Shown here one piece after another: positions 57,101 to 64,000 of a stretch of 64,000 bases of DNA. The notes under the pieces were generated by a model. That model did not search any database and had not been told where the DNA came from. It was given only the letters and a program-made list of their open reading frames with translations. The position numbers were made by a program, and so were the translations under genes. Location: positions 11,904,001-11,968,000 of the forward strand of contig CM120649.1 of assembly GCA_051362555.1 (NCBI GenBank), written 5' to 3'. Numbering within the stretch: the first letter of the stretch is position 1; each line of letters opens with the position of its first letter. The stretch comes from Lingula anatina (taxonomy: Eukaryota; Animalia; Brachiopoda).

Positions 57101-60047
57101 AGATATCATCTCAAGCGAAAAATAAAATATACTGTATGATACTATTGATAGTGTTATTGGAAAATTTTGTTTAAGTGTTTTAAAGTAATTTATGCACTGT
57201 AACATTACTTTGGATATTGCCTGGAATTGGTGTGTACATAGCTGGGTTACTTCTACCCCTCAGGTGTAGCAAAGACCTATGATGATCTTGTCTTACGACT
57301 TTTTGTTACATGTAGGTGGAATTTGTACGCTTTCCATTTTACAGTTCAGCACACTACTAATTTGTAATGTACAGGGAATGGTACCATACATATTATAATC
57401 TTTTCATTAAAAAACAGTGACATGTATACATTGTACGTGTACAATGAATGTCTGACTTTAGGTTATGGTTCCAAAGTCACTGTAGAAGGGAAGACGTATT
57501 GCAGCGAGAGTCAAAACCATCCACGCAAGAGAGCTGCAGAGCAGGATGCTGCTAGGGTGGCATTGCTGCAGTTAGGAAGACTGGGAGAACAATCGGGTGG
57601 GTCTCGGCTGAGAATGATGAAGGACCATTTCACATTGTGTGCTGTACTTACATTTACAAGTGCATCTGTATGGCAATGTTTTGACTTTTGGTACCCAGTA
57701 GATACTTGCTAGTATTTACACTACATGTATGGGAGGTTTTGCTGTCTTTTTTTCAAGTTTTCTTCCAACTGTTTGGACCTATCAAAATTAATCCAATTTA
57801 CTGTTTGAGTCAAGTGTAGGATCACATTTAGCTGACTCTCATATGTACATGTAATAGCCTGGCGTAGAATTTGTTATTATAGCAAGACTAATTAAATGTT
57901 GAAATTTAAGCCCAACCAAAGTTGCATGTGCATGTTTTAGTATGTAGTTTCATTACTTGATTAATGAATGTTTTACATGTATGTAGTAATGTTCCCACCA
58001 TTGATATTTCATAAGAAAACTTTCCTTTTTTTCCTGTAGAATCCAAGCAATCACCAAATATCTCGCCTGGAAGTAAAGCAGCACCAGAATCACATACAAG
58101 TGTTTCATCAGAACTCAAAAACCCATCTGTAAATTCTTTGAAGGCATTGCAGAGGCTTTCAGCCAGTCAGCATTGGAAAGAGCCACATTTTGACCTATCA
58201 AATTTGAAAACAGGAGAGGTCATCTGCATGGTAACCGTAGAAGGTGATCATATGATCCGCACCAAAGGTACCTCCACGTCTAAGAGACTAGCAGAACAAG
58301 CTGCAGCTGAGCTTGCTTTGAAGGCAATGAATATTGGCCAATCAGATAGTGGCAATGGCAAGGAAATTCTTTATCGCTACTGCTCCAGCAAAAGTAGTAA
58401 TAAAATTCTCCCAGTTTATTACAGCTATGGCGAAGGTACTGGTATATATTCATTAGATTTCTTTTTATCTCCTTGTTCAAGTTGCAATAATTTGATATTT
58501 CTTTAGCTCATTAAAGTGGATAAAAATTCTGTAGTTTGTTTTTATGGGAGGGGGTTAAAAGGACCAACACCCTATCAGCTGGAAGAACCCCACTTATCAA
58601 AATTTAATCAAGATTCTTTGCCATTTTTTTTACTCACAGGGACAGCGTTCAACTGCATTCTGAGGTGTGACTACCTCACAAACAGCAATATAAAGATCAC
58701 AGTCAAAAGCAACCCTTGTCCAGATATTAGTTCTGCAAAGGAAAATGCTGCAGAGAAAATCCTGAACATGCTGGGAGAGTTGGGGTTGTCTTCTGCTCCT
58801 GAATCATGTGACCCATTGAAGACAGTGGCTCCATCTGTGAGTGGTGAAAATGTGCATACCAGTAGGGTCACTGCAGGTAAATGCCTAGTCTGGTATCTTG
58901 GGCACACATACTGTTGCTTTATATTCAATTTTCATATGTTTAAATAATTATTATTATAATTTTTTGACCAAAAATGATAGAATTTAATTAATTAATTAAT
59001 TAATTAATTAATTAACCAGTTAATGCAGAATATCTGGTGCTATGGCACATAATTTCAGGCTCCCCAAACAGAGAATCACCTGAACCAGATGTAGACACAT
59101 CTACTGCAATGAGGGACATTGAAACTTTGCTGCTTAGAATAGGATGCCCTATGCCCAATTATAGAAAGACAGTGTCGCCCCCAGGTGGCCATTTTCTCTC
59201 GTCTGTCCAGTTTGTTTGCAAGTACGTGATGGCCAGTTCAACGGGAAAGTCCAGTAAGAAGATGGCTGAACAAGATGTGACAGGACAAGCTTTAGATTCC
59301 CTGCAGCTTGTAGTGCCACCTGATGGTAATAAAAAGGGTGCCCTTATCGAATATTGCTCCAGTCAGCCTGGGCGACACCAGCCAATTTTCTTCACTTGCA
59401 AAAGTTTCTCTGAGCCAGATTTGTTCAGTTCCTATCTATTTTCTCCCTACTTAAAAAACCAAATGGTGATAAGCATTCAAGGAAAGGCGCAACCTACTGA
59501 GGAATTGGCCAATCAGAGTGCAGCGTTCAATGCATACTTTATCATGAAACGGCTTAAAATGGATGAAATGCTGGAGAAAAATATGACTGTGACATTGGAC
59601 AATCATCTGCTTGAGAAAAAGCTTGACCCAGCCAAATACAGAGTTCAGCCTGCTGGAGATAAAAGTCAGTTCTTGGCAATAGTGCAGTTCAAGTATATCT
59701 TCAGTACAGAGGAAAGTGGTTATCCAACAAAAAAAGATGCAGAGAAAAAGGCAGCAGAGTTTGCCCTGAAAACTCTCTTCTCTGATGCAGACATTCCTAG
59801 TGATTTGAACCTATGTAAGAGCAAGCTGCAAGAAATTTGTTGCATCCAAAACCGACTGTTTGAACAGCCTGCAATTCAACTTAATCCACCAACATATGAA
59901 ACTGTTCCTGTTGCAGAGAAGAAATTTGTAAGTAGTGTCAGATTCCCAGTTGTCGTTAAAGGAAAAGCCTGTTTCAGAGAGGATTCTGCAAGACAGGTGG
60001 TTGCGCGGGAAGCCTTGTGCAAGATCGGCCTAATGGCTGAGATTTGA
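52801..60047 (+). CDS. CXorf38/DUF4559-like HEPN domain + coiled coil + ~7 double-stranded RNA-binding domains (~959 aa, 12 coding exons)
   Basis: Exons 52801-53031, 53489-53570, 54227-54420, 54645-54800, 55104-55226, 55573-55705, 56424-56516, 56836-56946, 57462-57596, 58040-58435, 58640-58876, 59059-60047 splice in frame (2880 nt). N-terminus follows recalled human CXorf38: RLNDKGYKNWLK, VCDKWVKEI, WTNC, WEVAKCFMNRG, DTSALLNLL, RNQLMHSSDM, EFLKKNPDL. C-terminus has repeated dsRBD signatures: NYKNALQ...PVY...KRAAEQDAARVAL; SKRLAEQAAAELAL; SKKMAEQ; TKKDAEKKAAEFAL; KSKLQEIC...PTY. Confidence 0.88.
53691..53858. mobile_element. MITE-like element (~168 bp) inserted in a (TG)n tract
   Basis: Imperfect terminal inverted repeats CAGGGGTGGAT ... 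ATCTGCCCCTG; internal repeats of GGAAGAC(G/T)GT including palindrome GTCTTCCGGAAGAC; TG microsatellite on both sides. Confidence 0.6.
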
Positions 60048-62063
60048 ATATATACCAGACACATGACTACATGTAGGGAGGTCAAGGGGTTGGACAAACC
60101 ACACTTTAACTTTGCAAAAGGTCCTCTCTTGGTACAGTTTGATCTAGGTACAAGAAAGTTTCATGGTAAAAGCCCCCCCCCCCCCCTGGTTTGGGACTGT
60201 GTACATTTACAGTACACTTAGCATAATCAGTTGTTCCAATGCTTTAATTGACTACATGTAAACATGCCTCTGTAAGAAAATAACAATTTTTCAGTATTCA
60301 ATTTATCATAGATCAATCATGCAATCAGTCATTTGCTCAATTAATAAAGATCCAACATGATAATGGCAGTATTGTTTATTTGGAGACTGAAATCAATACA
60401 TTTTCAGCAAACTTTACCGGTATGTCCTGAAAACATCTTGGGACAAAGTTATCAATGCTTACAAGCAACTTTCAAAGAAAGAATTTAAAAGTTTTGTATG
60501 CTCAAGTAATTGTCTAAGATCAAAACTTGATATGTAAAATCAGTTGCCCTTGATTAAAATGAATATAGATGGTAGATTTCAGTTTGATTTCTGTTATACC
60601 AGTATTACACTCAGAAGTTGTTGTTATTGTTTTTAAATATTTATTCCTAGTCGTCCATAACAAGTATTAAGAAAATTTACTGAACAGAATATGCCAGTGC
60701 ATGGGGGTTTATAGTATTAAACAGGTCACACCTGTTATGTATGAATTTTTGCAAGTCCAGGTTGATTGCTGTCATAAATCAATATACCATTGTAGTCGTG
60801 TGCAGTGCTGCTCATTTTGTTAAAGATAAACAAATGCAATGCTTAATGTGATTGTGATAAATGCACATATTTTGAAAAAATAATTTTTAGTTGCTCTTGT
60901 TACCAAGAGATGGAACTGTAAATTTCTCTCATGATAATAAAAACCAACTACTTAAAATTCCAAAACATATAAGTATGGTCCTTTTTTTGAAAGGGTACAC
61001 GTTTGCCTTTATGTTTATGATAAGAATGGTGCTGAAATTTCTGTGAAAATTTAACTTTCACTATATAAAAATGTAATGTTCTTTTTGTGTGCAATTAAGA
61101 TTTTGACATTGAATCAGTTGCTTACATTAGGGAAGTGATGCTTGATACAACAAATTGTTTTACATGTTATGCTTTATGTAATTAATTTTTACATGATATA
61201 ATTGAATTCATTGTTTTTTAACATTTTATAATTGATATAATTATTTGCTTTATGTTATAAATGTAAGATATAATTATTTGTTGCTCATGTTATACATAAT
61301 TATATATAATTATTTCTAGTATTTATCTGGCATCTGGTCAAAGTAAATGTGTTTCTACATGGTTTGTGTCGACTGGGTTTTGTAGGACTTTCAACAGCAT
61401 CATCTTTACAAGTAGTTGTGAGGCCTCTTTCACTTACATGTAACAACTTTAAACCAAAGTTGGTCAAAACTATAGTTCAATTTAACCCAAGAAAAACCTC
61501 ATTCAGTTACAGTAAGAATGTATTATGTAATGTTATAGAAATGAAAATGATAAATGAAATTGGTGTTTTCAGAGTTTTGTCCAAAAAACACAACAAACAT
61601 ATGTACATGTAACACTGCTTTGTCTACAAAGGTTTACTTTTACATTTATTTATACATTTTGTCTTTTTTAGCAATATTAATTTCCTGCATAGCTAATTTT
61701 TATAATTGAGACACACTACCCAAACAATGTAAACTGTACACTAACAACAGAAAAACTGATAGTACAGAGGTCGACCTCTGAAAAATGTCAATCGGAAAAG
61801 TGCTAGCCAGTCCAAATTGTTCTCATTATTATTTATTATTATTTGTCTATGAGAGTCCAATGACATCCACAAGCTTTGAGCAAATAAATATTATTTCACA
61901 GCTTGTGTAGTTGAGATCTTTCTATTTTATTCATCATCATCATGCTGAAGTTTAGGAGGAAAAGTCTGCCAATTGCCTTCTCATAGTCCAGTCATAACAG
62001 AGTTAACAAATCATCTGCACCAATCATAAAATGGCTTTCAGCTCTCAGAACAGAGCCGGCCAA

Positions 62064-63090
62064 TCAGACCTGGAGTTGATGGGAGGGGCTCCCATAATAC
62101 ACCCCTCGCGAGTACCCGGGTCTTACCATCACATCAAACCTGCGCCCAAAGCAGCAAATATAACTGGTGCCGATGATAGAGAATATGGCCGCCATCAGAC
62201 CAACTACAAGATTAACCCCCTCCATAACAAGGTTCTGGTTGAAGTTGGGGAAGCATTGGTCTTCTTTCCACCCCTGGCATACCCCCAGGCTCCAACCTGT
62301 GAAGGCTATGTTGAAGGCACACATTGTGATTCCTAAGTTGCTCAGGCCAAAATGGGCCAGTACCTGGAAAAAATTGAATTATTGGTTCAGTGATCGATAC
62401 TGAACTGAATTCTGATCGTTTTGGTCCATCCGCTCTGTTGGTGATATTTCTAAGATATTAGTGTGAGTGAAAAATTAAAGAAATGAAAAAAATCAAAGAA
62501 TTCTGTTATGGAAACATGTGCTTCGTGACTGAGTCGGGCATCAAATTTTGGAGAAAAATGCTTTAATTGAGACCAAAACTGCAAATTATACTCACTTTCT
62601 TTATTTCCATGCTTAACATACAAAGGCACATACTGTATCTTTATTGCAAAACTACAATTGGTAAACAGACCTTTTTTGCTTAGAAAAATACTGAGTACTT
62701 ACCAGAGATCTTAGTTTCCTGTTGTGGACACTTTTATAGGTATTATATTGTGTGGCAAAGCCGCATGCACCAGCTGCTGCCACCTATAATGAAAAAGTTA
62801 AAGTGAAAGTGAAAGCCTATGAACATATAATCTTAACATATTCTGCCTACTTCTGCCAACATTTTTAACTGTCATATAAAAGTTATGACAAACTGAAAGT
62901 AAACAGCAGTGTTCTTAAATTATCCATCATAAGACCTGTTGGATCCTAGATTGTAAATAGAGAAGCTATCTTATTAAGAGAAAAATAGCGATGGTGGGGG
63001 ATTTCCCTTGCCTCCCCCCCCCCTCATTCGTTTTACGCGTATGGCTGAACTTATAACCTCTAATCCCCCATAGGCCCTTCATGCTCCTAT

Positions 63091-63178
<88 letters not shown>

Positions 63179-63287
63179 TAAAGAAATTGAAAATAATAAT
63201 AATAAATGAAAATGGATAATTGAGGCCAGAATAAGGCCAGAAATAAATAAATAGACTTACTTACTGACAAACAAACAAACAAACCAA

Positions 63288-63318
<31 letters not shown>

Positions 63319-64000
63319 ACCAATCTCCACTTACCACAATACCAGACCATATGGGAGATCCAGAGACCAGGGGCCACCCTCCAGTGGGAAGGGCAAAGTT
63401 TAACATGACAATGCCAACGATGACACTGACTGTCCCTGTCCCTATCTGACAGAGGGACAGACGGACAAGGTGCGTGATTGCCCTCTCTATCGCCCTCTGG
63501 CGGCCACCTGGAAATAAATGACAGAGGTCGAGTTTAATTCAAATCCAGATTAAAATCGAGCTACAGAGGCATAAAATGTTATTTTACAAACTTCCAAGCA
63601 TTTTATCAATTAATTTTTACAAATATTTTATTTATTTCATTTCATATTTGGCATCGTTTTTAACCTTTACGCTTTCTAAAATACCTCCCCACTCATCAGA
63701 AGTTTCAAAAATGTTCCTTTTGTTTGTTTGAACTTCATCTAGGCCTATTAATTCATCTCTCTATTAAATCAATTATTCAAATGAGGCTTTTGTTTTATCA
63801 ATTAAACTTATAACAAATGATAAAGTAGATGGAGATCTACACAAACTACAAAAAAGTCGACGTGTATCTAAACAAATGTACAAGCAGAGCTAAATCCTTT
63901 GGAGATAAAATTCCTTTAAGTAGAGTATGCCGTGGGTCACGTGCTCACCTGTATCCTGCAGTGAGGGGGCGCCACAGTGGTGGCAGAAGTTGGAGCTGGT
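62064..64000 (-). CDS. CD20/MS4A-like four-transmembrane protein with N-terminal zinc-ribbon half-site (5' end outside window)
   Basis: Exons 63949->64000 (TSSNFCHHCGAPSLQDT), 63335-63507 (LSLCQIGTGTVSVIVGIVML...GSPIWSGIV), 62703-62783 (VAAAGACGFA...), 62064-62363 (two more hydrophobic helices with a C-x7-C loop, stop TGA) join in phase. Confidence 0.65.

Noticed and set aside
62790-62816. ISRE/IRF-like AAGTGAAAGTGAAAG (also near 43571-43586)
   Set aside because: The first is the complement of the polypyrimidine tract of a minus-strand acceptor; both are intronic and far from an evident TSS.

Overview
AT-rich, intron-rich animal genomic DNA (invertebrate; mollusc/lophotrochozoan-like by composition, which is an inference), not prokaryotic. 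Reading GT-AG junctions gives eight spliced protein-coding genes: MFSD1 (-), BAP18/C17orf49 (+), NKAP (-), XRRA1 (+), MIPEP (-), an uncharacterised mostly disordered protein (-), a CXorf38/DUF4559-like HEPN protein fused to a coiled coil and about seven dsRNA-binding domains (+), and a partial zinc-ribbon plus CD20/MS4A-like four-TM protein (-). Six of these form three head-to-head pairs. A young, 5'-truncated L1/Tx1-type LINE with poly(A) tail and a 14-bp target-site duplication sits just inside a MIPEP splice donor. The standout is the 12-exon, ~959-aa HEPN(Rx4H)-coiled coil-dsRBD array gene at 52801-60047, preceded by a perfect NF-kB-type palindrome: a candidate dsRNA-activated antiviral ribonuclease. 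All gene models and homology calls were made by eye and from memory; no searches were run.
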